Counted from the first letter of the stretch, positions 10,629 through 21,171 are shown. The stretch is DNA of 64,000 nucleotides from Patescibacteria group bacterium (GCA_041651535.1 JBAZIZ010000004.1:24341-88340), one strand, 5' to 3'. Translations and numbers: made by a program. Notes: generated by a model not told the origin, from the letters alone.

Positions 10629-10662
10629 AATAACAAACAAATATCCACAACGCTTTTTTGTT

Positions 10663-10995
10663 TTAAATCATTTTGATTTCAACATCAACACCGCTAGGTA
10701 AATTTAAATTCATGAGAGCGTCAATAGCTTTTGGATTTGTTTCTAAAATATCAATTAGTCTTTTATGAGTTCTCATTTCGTATTGTTCTTGAGCTGTTTT
10801 ATGAACAAAAGTAGCTCTATTTACGCTAAATTTATTTATTGATGTTGGTAATGGTACTGGACCTAAAACTTTTGCGTTATTTCTTTCAGCTGTATCAATG
10901 ATAGTTTTGGTAGCTTCATCAATAATTTTATGATCATACGCTTTAATTTTTATGCGCATTTTTGGACCTTGTTCTTGTTTTTTATTTTCTGACAT
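10663..10995 (-). CDS. rpsJ: 30S ribosomal protein S10
   Basis: 110 aa, RIKIKAYDHKIIDEATKTIIDTA. Confidence 0.92.
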   Translation of the reverse strand: MSENKKQEQGPKMRIKIKAYDHKIIDEATKTIIDTAERNNAKVLGPVPLPTSINKFSVNRATFVHKTAQEQYEMRTHKRLIDILETNPKAIDALMNLNLPSGVDVEIKMI

Positions 10996-11070
10996 ATTTT
11001 AAATAATGAACTATTAAAAGATTTTTTTAATCCCGCCCTAGCAAAAGGACGGGATTAAATTATCTTTTTA

Positions 11071-12261
11071 TTAATTAATAATTTTTGTTACAACACCTGC
11101 ACCTACAGTTCTACCACCTTCACGGATAGCAAAACGCATTTGTTCTTCCATAGCTACTGGAACAATCAATTTTATTTTCAATTTTGCAGTATCTCCTGGC
11201 ATAACCATTTCTACTCCTTCAGGTAAAAATACTTCTCCAGTTACATCAGTTGTACGAATATAAAATTGAGGTTTATAACCATTAAAGAAAGGTTTGTGTC
11301 TTCCACCTTCTTCTTTTGTCAAAGCTACAACTTCAGCTTCAAATTCTGTATGAGGATGAATTGTGTTTGGTTTAGCTAAAACTTGACCACGTTCTACATC
11401 TTCTTTTTTTGTACCACGAAGTAAAATTCCAGCATTATCTCCAGCTTGTCCTTGACTTAAACTTTTGTTAAACATTTCAATACCAGTAACTGTTGTTTTT
11501 GAGGTTTCAGTTTTCATACCTACGATTTCAACTTCATCACCAATTTTAACAACTCCTCTTTCAATACGACCAGTTACTACAGTACCACGGCCTTCAATTG
11601 AAAATACATCTTCAATAGGTAATAAGAAATCTTTGTCTAAATCTCTTTTTGGTTCAGGAATATATTCGTCTAAAGCTTTTAATAATTCCATAATAGGAGC
11701 ACTAGCAGCTTCATCTTCTGGATTTTCTAAAGCTTTTAAAGCTGAACCACGGATAACAGGAGTTATATCTCCAGGGAATTCATATTTTTTTAATAAATCT
11801 TTTACTTCTTCTTCAACAAGGTCAATCAATTCTGGATCAGATACTTGATCTACTTTGTTTAAGAAAACTACGATATAAGGTACTCCTACTTGACGAGCTA
11901 ACAAAATATGTTCTCTAGTTTGAGGCATTGGACCGTCTGCAGCAGAAACAACAAGAATAGCTCCGTCCATTTGAGCGGCACCAGTAATCATGTTTTTTAC
12001 ATAATCAGCATGTCCTGGACAATCAACGTGTGCATAGTGACGTTTTTCAGTCTCATATTCAACGTGTGCTGTCGCAATAGTAATACCACGTTCTCTTTCT
12101 TCAGGTGCAGCGTCAATTTCATTTATATCTTTTTTTTGAGCAACTAAACCTTTAGCTGCAGCAACTTTCAAAATTGCTGCTGTGAGAGTAGTTTTACCAT
12201 GGTCTACGTGACCAATTGTTCCCACATTTACATGTGGTTTTGATCTTTGAAATTCTGCCAT
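11071..12261 (-). CDS. tuf: Elongation factor Tu
   Basis: 396 aa, [15 protein letters not shown]-loop, [12 protein letters not shown] motifs. Confidence 0.97.
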   Translation of the reverse strand: MAEFQRSKPHVNVGTIGHVDHGKTTLTAAILKVAAAKGLVAQKKDINEIDAAPEERERGITIATAHVEYETEKRHYAHVDCPGHADYVKNMITGAAQMDGAILVVSAADGPMPQTREHILLARQVGVPYIVVFLNKVDQVSDPELIDLVEEEVKDLLKKYEFPGDITPVIRGSALKALENPEDEAASAPIMELLKALDEYIPEPKRDLDKDFLLPIEDVFSIEGRGTVVTGRIERGVVKIGDEVEIVGMKTETSKTTVTGIEMFNKSLSQGQAGDNAGILLRGTKKEDVERGQVLAKPNTIHPHTEFEAEVVALTKEEGGRHKPFFNGYKPQFYIRTTDVTGEVFLPEGVEMVMPGDTAKLKIKLIVPVAMEEQMRFAIREGGRTVGAGVVTKIIN

Positions 12262-12413
12262 ATTATTATATGGTAGTTATGTTATACCGCACTATCCTGA
12301 ATGGTCAGATATAGTTTTTTATCCAACGGTGAATCTAAATTATTTTAAAAATTTTTTGTATAAAAAAATTTACAAAAAAATCACTTTTAAAATGACGAGA
12401 TAAATTATATTAA

Positions 12414-12442
12414 ATTTTTAAAAATAAGTCAAGAGGCAAAAC
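12414..12442 (-). promoter_or_regulatory. Promoter for tuf (TTGACT-N17-TATAAT)
   Basis: Minus-strand reading cTTGACTtatttttaaaaatttaaTATAAT, about 150 nt upstream of the tuf start. Confidence 0.45.
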
Positions 12443-12488
12443 AATTGTTTTCCCCAAATTAAAAACAGGTTAGCCCCTGTTTTTAATT

Positions 12489-13079
12489 TTATATTGGTTC
12501 TTCAAAAAAAATTGGTTCTTCATCGTCATTTTCATCTTCTTTTTTATCTTCAAAACTGCCAATAGTATCTTTTTCATCTTCTCGTTCAACAAAAGGTATA
12601 TTCCGTTTTTCACTATAATCTGTTTCATCTATCATTTTATCAATTTCAAATTCATTTTTATTTTGTTTTATTTCAAGCAGTTCATCAAGTTTTATTTCAC
12701 TACCATCTTTTTTTATGTTATTTTGTTTTTTTTCATTTAAAATTTCTGAGATACTATGCCATTCTTTTTTGAGAAATTCATTTTCAATATCAACAGCTTC
12801 TTCTTTTTGTTTTAATTCATCTTGTTTTGCTTTCCAAATAGCTATATCTTTATTTATTTTTTCGATCAATTGTTTTTCAGAAAGATTATTTTTTTTAATT
12901 AAATCAGAAACCCCACCATAATCTTTTAATTGTTCATCTATCTCTTCTTGAAATTCTACAATTTCTTCGTATTCTTTCCAATCAAGCAAAAGCATGTGTC
13001 TGCCTCCACATTTATCATAGATGAAAATTTTTCCATTTGTTTTTTGGGCTAATTTTAACAATCTATCAAAATCAGACAT
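12489..13079 (-). CDS. Hypothetical acidic coiled-coil protein (196 aa)
   Basis: Long ORF in AT-rich DNA between the 16S rRNA 3' end and tuf; Glu/Asp/Lys-rich; no family recognised. Confidence 0.55.
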   Translation of the reverse strand: MSDFDRLLKLAQKTNGKIFIYDKCGGRHMLLLDWKEYEEIVEFQEEIDEQLKDYGGVSDLIKKNNLSEKQLIEKINKDIAIWKAKQDELKQKEEAVDIENEFLKKEWHSISEILNEKKQNNIKKDGSEIKLDELLEIKQNKNEFEIDKMIDETDYSEKRNIPFVEREDEKDTIGSFEDKKEDENDDEEPIFFEEPI

Positions 13080-13302
13080 ATTTTTTTAAAAAAATTAAAA
13101 ATAAATTAAATACATTTTAACTTTTTTTTTATTTTAAGTCAAGAAAAAAAATAATAAAAAAAACTCCATTTTACAGGAGATTTTAATTCTTTACAACATG
13201 AACGTGACAAAAACACAATAAGAAATCGTTTAACTAAGCCTCATCCTGAATCATATTCAGAACAAGTCGACATTATTTTATCTTCCGATAAAATAACTCC
13301 AG

Positions 13303-14794
13303 AAAGGAGGTGATCCATCCACAGCTTCCGCTACGGATGCCTTGTTACGACTTCACCCTGATCACTGACCCTACCTTCGTCCCTCTAATGAGAGCCTTCG
13401 GGTATTGCCAACTTTCGTGGTGTGACGGGCGGTGAGTACAAGACCCGAGAACGTATTCAACGTGCCGTGTCTGATGCACGTTTACTAGCGATTCCAACTT
13501 CATGCAGACAAATTGCAGCCTGCAATCCGAACTGAGATCGGTTTTTTGGGATTAGCTCCACCTCGCGGTTTGGCAACCCTTTGTACCGACCATTGTATCA
13601 TGTGTGTAGCCCAAGACGTAAGAGCCATGCTGATTTGACGTCGTCCTCATCTTCCTCCTCCTTGCGGAGGCAGTCTCTTGTGTACATTTAACACAAGACG
13701 AGGGTTGCGCTCGTTACCCCACTTAAGGGTACACCTCACGGCACGAGCTGACGGCAACCATGCAGCACCTGTGTAGCGCCCTCGAAGGCGGCCCGATTTT
13801 CATCGGGCTTGCAGCTACATGTCAAGCCTTGGTAAGGTTCGCCGCGTATCATCGAATTAAACCACATGATCCACCGCTTGTGCGGGTCCCCGTCTATTCC
13901 TTTGAGTTTTAACCTTGCGGCCGTACTCCCCAGGCGGCGTACTTAACGCGTTAGCTTTTTAAAACGGCACTGGAAGGGTCGATACTTCCAATACCTAGTA
14001 CGCATTGTTTAGGGCGTGGACTACTGGGGTATCTAATCCCATTCGCTACCCACGCTTTGGTCCATGAGTGTCAGAGATGTCCTAGCACACTGCCTTCGCC
14101 TTTGGTGTTCCGGTTGATATCAACGCATTTTACTACTACACCAACCGTTCCGTGTGCCTCTTCCATCCTCTAGTCTAATAGTATCAACAGCAGTTTCCAA
14201 GTTAAGCCTGAAAATTTGACCATTGACTTATTAAACAACCTGCGGACGCTTTACGCCCAATGAATCCGGATAACGTTTGAGGTCTCTGTATTACCGCTGC
14301 TGCTGGCACAGAGTTAGCAACCTCTTATTCCTTAGGTACCGTCACAAATTCTTCCCTAAGAAAAGCAGTTTACGCCCCGAGGGGCTTCTTCCTGCACGCG
14401 GTGTCGCTCCATCACCCTTTCGGGCATTGTGGAATATTCTTGACTGCAGCCTCCCGTAGGAGTCTGGGCCGTATCTCAGTCCCAGTGAGCCGGGTCACGC
14501 TCTCACGCCCGGTACTGATCATTGCCTTGGTAAGCCATTACCTTACCAACTAGCTAATCAGACATAGGCCCCTCTCTAAGCACCGAAGTTTTACATAAGT
14601 AGATTTTCATCCCTTATGACTATCAGGTTTTAATTCATCTTTCGATGAGCTATTCCTGTCTTAGAGGTAGGTTACCAATGTGTTACTCTCCCGTTTGCCG
14701 CTCGTACCCTTTTAGCAAGCTAAAAGTACGTCGCTCGACTTGCATGCCTTAGACACACCGCCAACGTTCATCCTGAGCCAGGATCAAACTCTCA
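13303..14794 (-). rRNA. rrs: 16S ribosomal RNA (about 1.49 kb)
   Basis: The + strand carries the reverse complement of the 16S 3' end (AAAGGAGGTGATCCATCCACAGCTTCCGCTACGGATGCCTTGTTACGACTT, from 13303) and of the 5' end (GGATCAAACTCT at 14781-14792). Internal conserved blocks are also present (GTATTACCGCTGCTGCTGGCAC, GTACAAGACCCGAGAACGTATTCAACG). Confidence 0.95.
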
Positions 14795-15088
14795 ATTAAA
14801 TTGAGATTTTTTCTTGAAATTAATCAAGAATTGATCATCTTATTTCCTAAAGAAATAAGTTAAAAATTTTTGTTATTTAGAATAAACGATTCAATTTGGT
14901 TTTTGTCACATTTATATTGTAAAGTGCCGGTTTTCTTTTTATAAAAAAAGAGAAACCTGTTTCACACTTTAATTCAATGAAAATTAAAAGGTGAATTAGT
15001 TACTCTTTCCTTTTACTTAGTTTCCTTTTTAAAGGACTTTAGAAAAGTTTAAATTGTAATAAATTTATAATACTTTAACGTGAGCTTT

Positions 15089-15117
15089 ATGATATATAAA
15101 ATTGTTTTTTTTGTCAA
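15089..15117 (-). promoter_or_regulatory. Candidate rRNA promoter (TTGACA-N17-TATCAT), about 295 nt upstream of the 16S 5' end
   Basis: Minus-strand reading cTTGACAaaaaaaacaattttataTATCAT. Confidence 0.35.
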
Positions 15118-15215
15118 GTGATTTTTTATACACAACTTGGGGATAACTCTGGCAATTCAAAATTAAAAATTCAAAAGTCAAAAAATGATGAATAAAAATG
15201 GTCTTTTTTAACTTA

Positions 15216-15944
15216 TTATTTTCTAGAAAATACTAGTACAGCTGAATTAAATTCATTATTTTTAATATATTTTTTTTCTATTAAACTAAAATCATTTTTC
15301 AAAAATAAATCAATATAAAATTGTTCAGATCTCCGATAACCGGCTATGTTTCCAACATTTTTTATTTTAGTTGTATGAAGAAATTGTTTATATTTTTTAC
15401 CTTTAAAAACAAAGTCTTCTTGATTGATAAAATTATATTTTTTGTCATTCACTATTTCATTATTTTTTAGATCTAAATCTTTACTAATAACTAATATAAA
15501 TTTACCTTTCTTTTCTAACATTATCTTTATTTTTTTAATAATTTTTGAAAAATCTTTTACAACAAAATGAGGAAAAACATAAATTGCTGCTATGTAATTA
15601 AATTTATTTTTAAAACTAGTTTCCAAAAAAGATTTGTTAGAAATTTTTAATTTTATATTTTTAAATTTTGTTATTTTATTTTTAACAAATTTATAATTTT
15701 TTATTGCTGGTTCACATCCAGCTATAATATTTTTTTTAGAAAAATTATTTATTTTATTTTCTATTTTTTCAAAAAAATTTCCTGTTCCAAAACCTATATC
15801 AAAAATCTTTATATTTTCAATTTTATCCTTCAAAAAAATATTATCAATAATAAAATCCATGACTGAATAATTTATTTTATTATTTTTCTGTTTAATCCAA
15901 TTTAATTTATTATATTGTTCGTAAAAAAAATTACCATCTTTCAT
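15216..15944 (-). CDS. Class I SAM-dependent methyltransferase
   Basis: 242 aa; motif I DIGFGTGNF (D/ExGxGxG); sits between trmD and the 16S rRNA. Confidence 0.7.
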   Translation of the reverse strand: MKDGNFFYEQYNKLNWIKQKNNKINYSVMDFIIDNIFLKDKIENIKIFDIGFGTGNFFEKIENKINNFSKKNIIAGCEPAIKNYKFVKNKITKFKNIKLKISNKSFLETSFKNKFNYIAAIYVFPHFVVKDFSKIIKKIKIMLEKKGKFILVISKDLDLKNNEIVNDKKYNFINQEDFVFKGKKYKQFLHTTKIKNVGNIAGYRRSEQFYIDLFLKNDFSLIEKKYIKNNEFNSAVLVFSRK

Positions 15945-15947
15945 AAT

Positions 15948-16667
15948 TTATTTTTCATTATTTTCTCGCCATTCCTTTATCTTTTTATGATCTCCACTAA
16001 GTAAAACTTCTGGAACTTTTAACCCCAAAAAATTTTCTGGTTTTGTATATTGAGGATATTCTTTTTTTCCAATTTCATTATGACTTTCTTCCAACAAAGA
16101 TTCTTCATTCCCGAGCACTCCATTTATAAGTCTTGAAGTTGCTTCAATTATGATTAATGCCCCGAGTTCACCTCCAGCCAAAACAAAATCACCAACAGAA
16201 ATTTCTTCGTCAATCATATTATCAACTACTCTTTGATCTACACCTTCATAACGTCCACAAATCATTGTTAATTCATCAAGCCCAGAAAATTTTTCTGCCA
16301 TTTTTTGATCAAATTTTTTTCCCCGAGGAGATAATAAAATTGTTTTTTTCTTTTTCTTAATATCACCGTTAAAAATCTTTTTTATTTTATTTAATCCATT
16401 TGTTTTAGCAAAAGGAATTGCTCCAATTGATTTTAATGCCTCATAAATAGGTTCTGGTTTCATAAGCATTCCAGCTCCTCCACCGTAAATAGTATCATCA
16501 ACTTTATTATGTTTATTATTTGAAAAATCTCGAATATCAATCGTTTGTATTTTTATAAAATTATTTTTTTGAGCACGGCCAAGAATAGATTCGTCTGAAT
16601 AATTTTTTATTATATTTGGAAAAATTGTTAAAATATTAAAATTCATATATTTCATTTTTAAAATCAA
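15948..16667 (-). CDS. trmD: tRNA (guanine37-N1)-methyltransferase TrmD
   Basis: NFNILTIFPNII...RDFSNNKHNKVDDTIYGGGAGMLMKPEP is characteristic of TrmD; the true start is probably the internal Met at about 16646. Confidence 0.88.
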   Translation of the reverse strand: MILKMKYMNFNILTIFPNIIKNYSDESILGRAQKNNFIKIQTIDIRDFSNNKHNKVDDTIYGGGAGMLMKPEPIYEALKSIGAIPFAKTNGLNKIKKIFNGDIKKKKKTILLSPRGKKFDQKMAEKFSGLDELTMICGRYEGVDQRVVDNMIDEEISVGDFVLAGGELGALIIIEATSRLINGVLGNEESLLEESHNEIGKKEYPQYTKPENFLGLKVPEVLLSGDHKKIKEWRENNEK

Positions 16668-16758
16668 AATGAGTATATAAAATTAAAAATAAAAAGTCAA
16701 AATATTATCTAAACAAAAACAGACCTTTTTTATAAGATCTGTTTTTTTTTAAAAATGA

Positions 16759-18837
16759 TTATTTTTTTCTACCTTCCGCAATAGCTGCTTCTACATTTTT
16801 TGGACATTCAGAATATTTTTCAAATTCCATAGAATATGTAGCGCGACCTTGAGTCATAGAACGTAAAGATGTTGCATAACCAAACATACTAGCAAGTGGG
16901 ACTAAAGCTTTTACAACTTTTGAAGTTCCTCTATCAGTCATTTCTTCGATTTGTCCTCTTTTTGAAGATAAATCTCCAATAACATCACCCATATAATTTT
17001 CAGGTGTAACAACTTCAACTTTCATAATTGGTTCAAGTAAAACTGGATTAGCTTTTCTAACTGCTGCTTGGAAACCCATGCTAGCTGCTAATTTGAAAGC
17101 AATTTCTGATGAATCAACTTCATGGTAACTTCCATCAAAACAAGAAACTTTGATATCAAGTAAAGGATAGCCAGCGACAACACCTTTGTCCATAGCTTCT
17201 CTGACACCTTTTTGAATTGCTGGAATATATTCTCTAGGAACTACACCGCCTTTGATCTCATCGACAAATTCAAAACCAGTGCCTTGTTCTTTTGGTTCAA
17301 CTTTAAGCCAACAATGACCATATTGTCCACGACCACCAGATTGTTTAACATATTTTCCTTCAGCTTCAGCACTTTGTCTGATAGTTTCTTTGTATGCTAC
17401 TTGAGGAGCTCCAACTTGAGCAACTACACCAAATTCTCTTTTCATACGATCAACAATGATATCTAAATGTAATTCTCCCATTCCAGAAATAATTGTTTGA
17501 AGAGTTTCTTCATCTGTGTGTACTCTAAAGGTTGGGTCTTCTTCAGCTAATTTTTGTAATGCTAAACTCATTTTTTCAGCATCAGCTTTTGAGGCAGGTT
17601 CAATAGCAATATGAATAACTGGTTCAGGGAAAACCATTTTTTCTAAAACAACTGGTCTATTTTCCGCACAAATTGTATCTCCAGTTGTAGTTTCCTTCAA
17701 ACCAATAGCAGCTGCAATTTCTCCAGCATATACTTCATCTACTTCTTCACGATTATTAGCGTGCATTCTCACAATACGACCGATTCTTTCTTTTTTTCCG
17801 TTACTAGCATTCAAAACATAACTACCTGATTTTAAAATTCCAGAGTAAACTCTGAAAAAAGCTAATTTTCCAACAAAAGGATCAGTAGCAATTTTAAATG
17901 CTAAAGCTGTAAATGGTTCATTATCCGCAGCTTTAACTGTTATTCTTTTTTCTTCATCATCAGGATCATGAGCTTCAATATTTGGAATGTCTAATGGTGA
18001 TGGTAAATATTCAACAACTTTATCAAGCATTAATTGAACTCCAATATTTTGCAAAGCTGTTCCACATAAAACAGGATACATTTCATCTTTAACAACCAAC
18101 GTTCTGATACCTTTATTTATTTCTTCAATAGAAAATTCTTCACCACTTAAATATTTATTCATCAATTCATCACTAGCTTCAGCAATTTTTTCAACTAAAG
18201 AAGCACGGTATTCTTCAACTTTACTTTTCATATCTTCTGGAACAGGAATTTCAATAATATTTATTCCATGATCTCCTTCAAATTTGTAAGCTTTTCTATC
18301 AATAATATCAATTATTCCAGAAAATTCTGATTCTGAACCAATTGGTAATTGAATTGCAAAAGCGTTTGGAGATAAACGATCTTTAATTGAGTTCAAACTC
18401 ATAAAAAAGTCAGCTCCAGTTTTGTCCATTTTGTTTACAAAACAAAGACGAGGAACATTGTATTTATCAGCTTGTTTCCAAACTGTTTCAGATTGTGGTT
18501 CTACACCTTGTGATCCATCGAATACAGCACAAGCACCATCTAAAACACGGAGTGATCTTTCTACTTCAACAGTAAAATCAACGTGTCCTGGTGTATCAAT
18601 AATATTGATTCTGTGATTTTTCCAAAAACAAGTTGTAGCAGCAGAAGTTATAGTAATACCACGTTCTTTTTCTTGAGCCATCCAATCCATATCAGCTGCA
18701 CCATCATGAGTTTCACCGATTTTATGTTTTTTTCCAGTATAAAATAAGACACGTTCAGTTACTGTCGTTTTACCAGCATCAATGTGAGCCATGATACCTA
18801 TGTTTCTTATTTTCTCTAAAGGATAATCTCTACCCAT
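16759..18837 (-). CDS. fusA: Elongation factor G
   Basis: 692 aa, [10 protein letters not shown]-loop and full EF-G domain structure. Confidence 0.97.
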   Translation of the reverse strand: MGRDYPLEKIRNIGIMAHIDAGKTTVTERVLFYTGKKHKIGETHDGAADMDWMAQEKERGITITSAATTCFWKNHRINIIDTPGHVDFTVEVERSLRVLDGACAVFDGSQGVEPQSETVWKQADKYNVPRLCFVNKMDKTGADFFMSLNSIKDRLSPNAFAIQLPIGSESEFSGIIDIIDRKAYKFEGDHGINIIEIPVPEDMKSKVEEYRASLVEKIAEASDELMNKYLSGEEFSIEEINKGIRTLVVKDEMYPVLCGTALQNIGVQLMLDKVVEYLPSPLDIPNIEAHDPDDEEKRITVKAADNEPFTALAFKIATDPFVGKLAFFRVYSGILKSGSYVLNASNGKKERIGRIVRMHANNREEVDEVYAGEIAAAIGLKETTTGDTICAENRPVVLEKMVFPEPVIHIAIEPASKADAEKMSLALQKLAEEDPTFRVHTDEETLQTIISGMGELHLDIIVDRMKREFGVVAQVGAPQVAYKETIRQSAEAEGKYVKQSGGRGQYGHCWLKVEPKEQGTGFEFVDEIKGGVVPREYIPAIQKGVREAMDKGVVAGYPLLDIKVSCFDGSYHEVDSSEIAFKLAASMGFQAAVRKANPVLLEPIMKVEVVTPENYMGDVIGDLSSKRGQIEEMTDRGTSKVVKALVPLASMFGYATSLRSMTQGRATYSMEFEKYSECPKNVEAAIAEGRKK

Positions 18838-18862
18838 ATTTTTATTTAATTTATTAAATTAA

Positions 18863-19342
18863 TTATTTGCTGAAACGAGCAAAATGGGCAAAAGCTTTAT
18901 TAGCTTCAGCCATACGATGAACATCTTCTTTTTTCTTAAATGCTCCACCTGTTCCTTCTAAAGCATCAAGTAATTCAGCAGCTAATTTTTCTTTCATATC
19001 TTTTCCTTTTCTAGCTTTTGCAGCTAAAGTAACCCAACGAAAAGCTAAAGCATTTTGACGACTATTTGAAACTGGCATTGGAACTTGATAATTTGCTCCA
19101 CCAACACGACGAGATCTTACTTCTACTTGTGGTTTAATTACTTCTAAAGCATCTTCAAAAACTTTTAAAGCATTGGCTTTTTTCTTATCTGCTAAAACTT
19201 CCAAAGCACCATATACTATTTTTTGAGCAATGGATTTTTTTCCGTCTTCCATTATGAAATTTATAAATTTAGCCAACAATTCACTGTTGTAAATCGAATC
19301 CGGCGCAATAATGCGTTTTGGAGCTCTTTTTCCTCTTGGCAT
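18863..19342 (-). CDS. rpsG: 30S ribosomal protein S7
   Basis: 159 aa, conserved S7 sequence and position after S12. Confidence 0.93.
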   Translation of the reverse strand: MPRGKRAPKRIIAPDSIYNSELLAKFINFIMEDGKKSIAQKIVYGALEVLADKKKANALKVFEDALEVIKPQVEVRSRRVGGANYQVPMPVSNSRQNALAFRWVTLAAKARKGKDMKEKLAAELLDALEGTGGAFKKKEDVHRMAEANKAFAHFARFSK

Positions 19343-19370
19343 ATTTGTATTTTATTATTAAATTAATAAA

Positions 19371-19790
19371 TTATTTTTTTGGTCTCTTTGTTCCGTAAAC
19401 AGAACGACTTCTTTTTCGACCTTCTATACCTTGGGTATCATAAACACCACGTACAATATGATAACGAACACCTGGTAAATCTTTTACACGACCACCACGA
19501 ATAAGAACGATTGAATGTTCTTGTAAATTATGACCTTCACCTGGAATGTAAGCGATAACTTCTGTTCCATTTGAAAGACGAACTTTGGCAACTTTACGTA
19601 AAGCTGAGTTCGGTTTTTTTGGAGTAGCTGTATAAACTTTTGTACAAACTCCTCTTTTGAAAGGACAACCCCTTCTTAAATAAGTTTTCTCACGATGTAA
19701 ACTATCGTAAGTAAATTGCATAGCAGGAGAAGCAGATTTTGTTTTTTTGCTGATTCTTCCTTTACGCAATATTTGATTCATTGTAGGCAT
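19371..19790 (-). CDS. rpsL: 30S ribosomal protein S12
   Basis: 139 aa, [12 protein letters not shown]-terminus, [10 protein letters not shown] motif. Confidence 0.95.
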   Translation of the reverse strand: MPTMNQILRKGRISKKTKSASPAMQFTYDSLHREKTYLRRGCPFKRGVCTKVYTATPKKPNSALRKVAKVRLSNGTEVIAYIPGEGHNLQEHSIVLIRGGRVKDLPGVRYHIVRGVYDTQGIEGRKRSRSVYGTKRPKK

Positions 19791-19984
19791 AGTTTTATGC
19801 TTAAAATTATGAATATTAAATAAATTAAAAATACCCTATAAGGGTACGCTCGGAAATTTTTTCTATTATGGCAAGAAAATTATTCCTAGCGTTAAATTTT
19901 ATCTTTATAAAAAATAAAATTTTTCTTCACCTTAATTTGATAAATTAAGATTACTCCGCTTTATGTTTTTAAAAGCTTTTCTAA

Positions 19985-20020
19985 TATACATTAAACAACA
20001 AAAAATGTCAAGGGATTAAA
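19985..20020 (-). promoter_or_regulatory. Promoter for the rpsL-rpsG-fusA cluster (TTGACA-N17-TATATT), about 200-nt leader
   Basis: Minus-strand reading cccTTGACAttttttgttgtttaatgTATATT. Confidence 0.35.
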
Positions 20021-20059
20021 AAGTAAGTAAAAGTAAAAAAACTTAAATAAAAAAAGGGC

Positions 20060-20434
20060 TCATTTCTGAACCCCGATATAACCTTTTTCTTCTAGCCAGC
20101 GAACTGGCCAGTAAAAATCCATTGCAACGATATCAAAAGTGTTGCAATAGATATCTGTCCAACCAGTCAAACTGGCTGAAACAGAGAAAATTTGTACTCC
20201 TTTTTCTCTGTTATTTTTTATTGTTTTTTCTGTTTCTTCAAAAAGATTTTTAAAATAGTCTCCACATTGGATTTTTCCCGAAATTCTCTCACAATTTCGA
20301 GTCCAATCTTTTCCAACAAAATCCTCTGCAAGGACTTTATTTTTTTCATAAACAAGAGAAGATCCATTCCAAAAACCAATTGACACATAAAAGTAAACAA
20401 GAACGAAAAAAAATACAGCAAGAAACTTTCTCAT
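20060..20434 (-). CDS. Hypothetical small secreted/membrane-anchored protein
   Basis: ORF 20060..20467; likely start MRKFLAVFFFVLVYF (signal peptide or TM), then a Cys-containing soluble domain. A minus-strand TTGACA-N17-TATAGT promoter at 20505-20535 supports it being real. Confidence 0.5.
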   Translation of the reverse strand: MRKFLAVFFFVLVYFYVSIGFWNGSSLVYEKNKVLAEDFVGKDWTRNCERISGKIQCGDYFKNLFEETEKTIKNNREKGVQIFSVSASLTGWTDIYCNTFDIVAMDFYWPVRWLEEKGYIGVQK

Positions 20435-20568
20435 TTCACTCTCCAATAAAAAATTATAAAAAAACAATTTATTTCAAAAGAACAACGCAAAACTATACAA
20501 CAAAATTCTTATTTTGTCAATAGTATTTACTCTTTTTTAGCTAAATTAAGCTATTTTTTATAAAAAAA

Positions 20569-21171
20569 TTAAATAAACAAATTAGTTAAAAAATCAATAA
20601 TCGGAATAATCAGCTCAAATCCAAAAAATATAAAAAACAATAAAATAACAAAACTATATTGCTGTAAAAATTGTTTTATTTGCCACATTGAATCTGGAAG
20701 TACTGCATATAAAATCTTTGATCCATCAAGCGGCGGAATCGGAACTAAATTAAAAATAGCTAAAAGTACATTGGCGTAAACTATGAGATAAATAAAAGAA
20801 AGTATTTCATAACTAAATGGAACAAATTTTATTAATAACCCAAAAGAAAAAGCTAATAATAAATTTGATAATGGACCGGCTATTGCCACCAAAGCTGGAC
20901 CCCATTTTTGATTTTTTAAATTATAAGGATTATAAGGCACTGGTTTAGCATAGGCAAACAAAAATCGGCCACCAGTTAAAAATAATAGAATAAGTGGCAT
21001 AAAAATTGTTCCCCATTTATCAATATGAACTTTTGGATTTAAACTAAGACGACCTGCATATTTTGCAGTTGGATCACCAAGCTCATTTGCCGCCCAAGCA
21101 TGAGCATATTCATGAAAAATTGAAGATGGAACTATAATTAAGAAAAAAAATAACATTTGGATAATTTCCAT
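20569..21171 (-). CDS. Peptidase M50 (site-2 protease family) membrane metalloprotease
   Basis: HEYAHAW (HExxH) in a TM segment and a later NLVPIPPLDGS (LDG) motif, with multiple hydrophobic segments. Confidence 0.75.
   Translation of the reverse strand: MEIIQMLFFFLIIVPSSIFHEYAHAWAANELGDPTAKYAGRLSLNPKVHIDKWGTIFMPLILLFLTGGRFLFAYAKPVPYNPYNLKNQKWGPALVAIAGPLSNLLLAFSFGLLIKFVPFSYEILSFIYLIVYANVLLAIFNLVPIPPLDGSKILYAVLPDSMWQIKQFLQQYSFVILLFFIFFGFELIIPIIDFLTNLFI

Noticed and set aside
1726-12147. Numerous + strand ORFs (60-136 aa) antisense to ribosomal protein genes and tuf (for example 1726..2136, 2587..2811, 5435..5746, 9307..9522, 11465..11848)
   Set aside because: They overlap well-supported conserved genes on the opposite strand and have Phe/Leu/Ser-rich low-complexity translations typical of the antisense of Lys/Glu-rich coding DNA; no independent signals.
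12262-12488. Possible tRNA between tuf and the upstream ORF (where tRNA-Trp/Thr often sit), and in the 16S trailer 13080-13302
   Set aside because: No cloverleaf found; no GTTCRANYC T-loop or conserved D-loop motifs. The region is better explained by the tuf promoter and a terminator hairpin.
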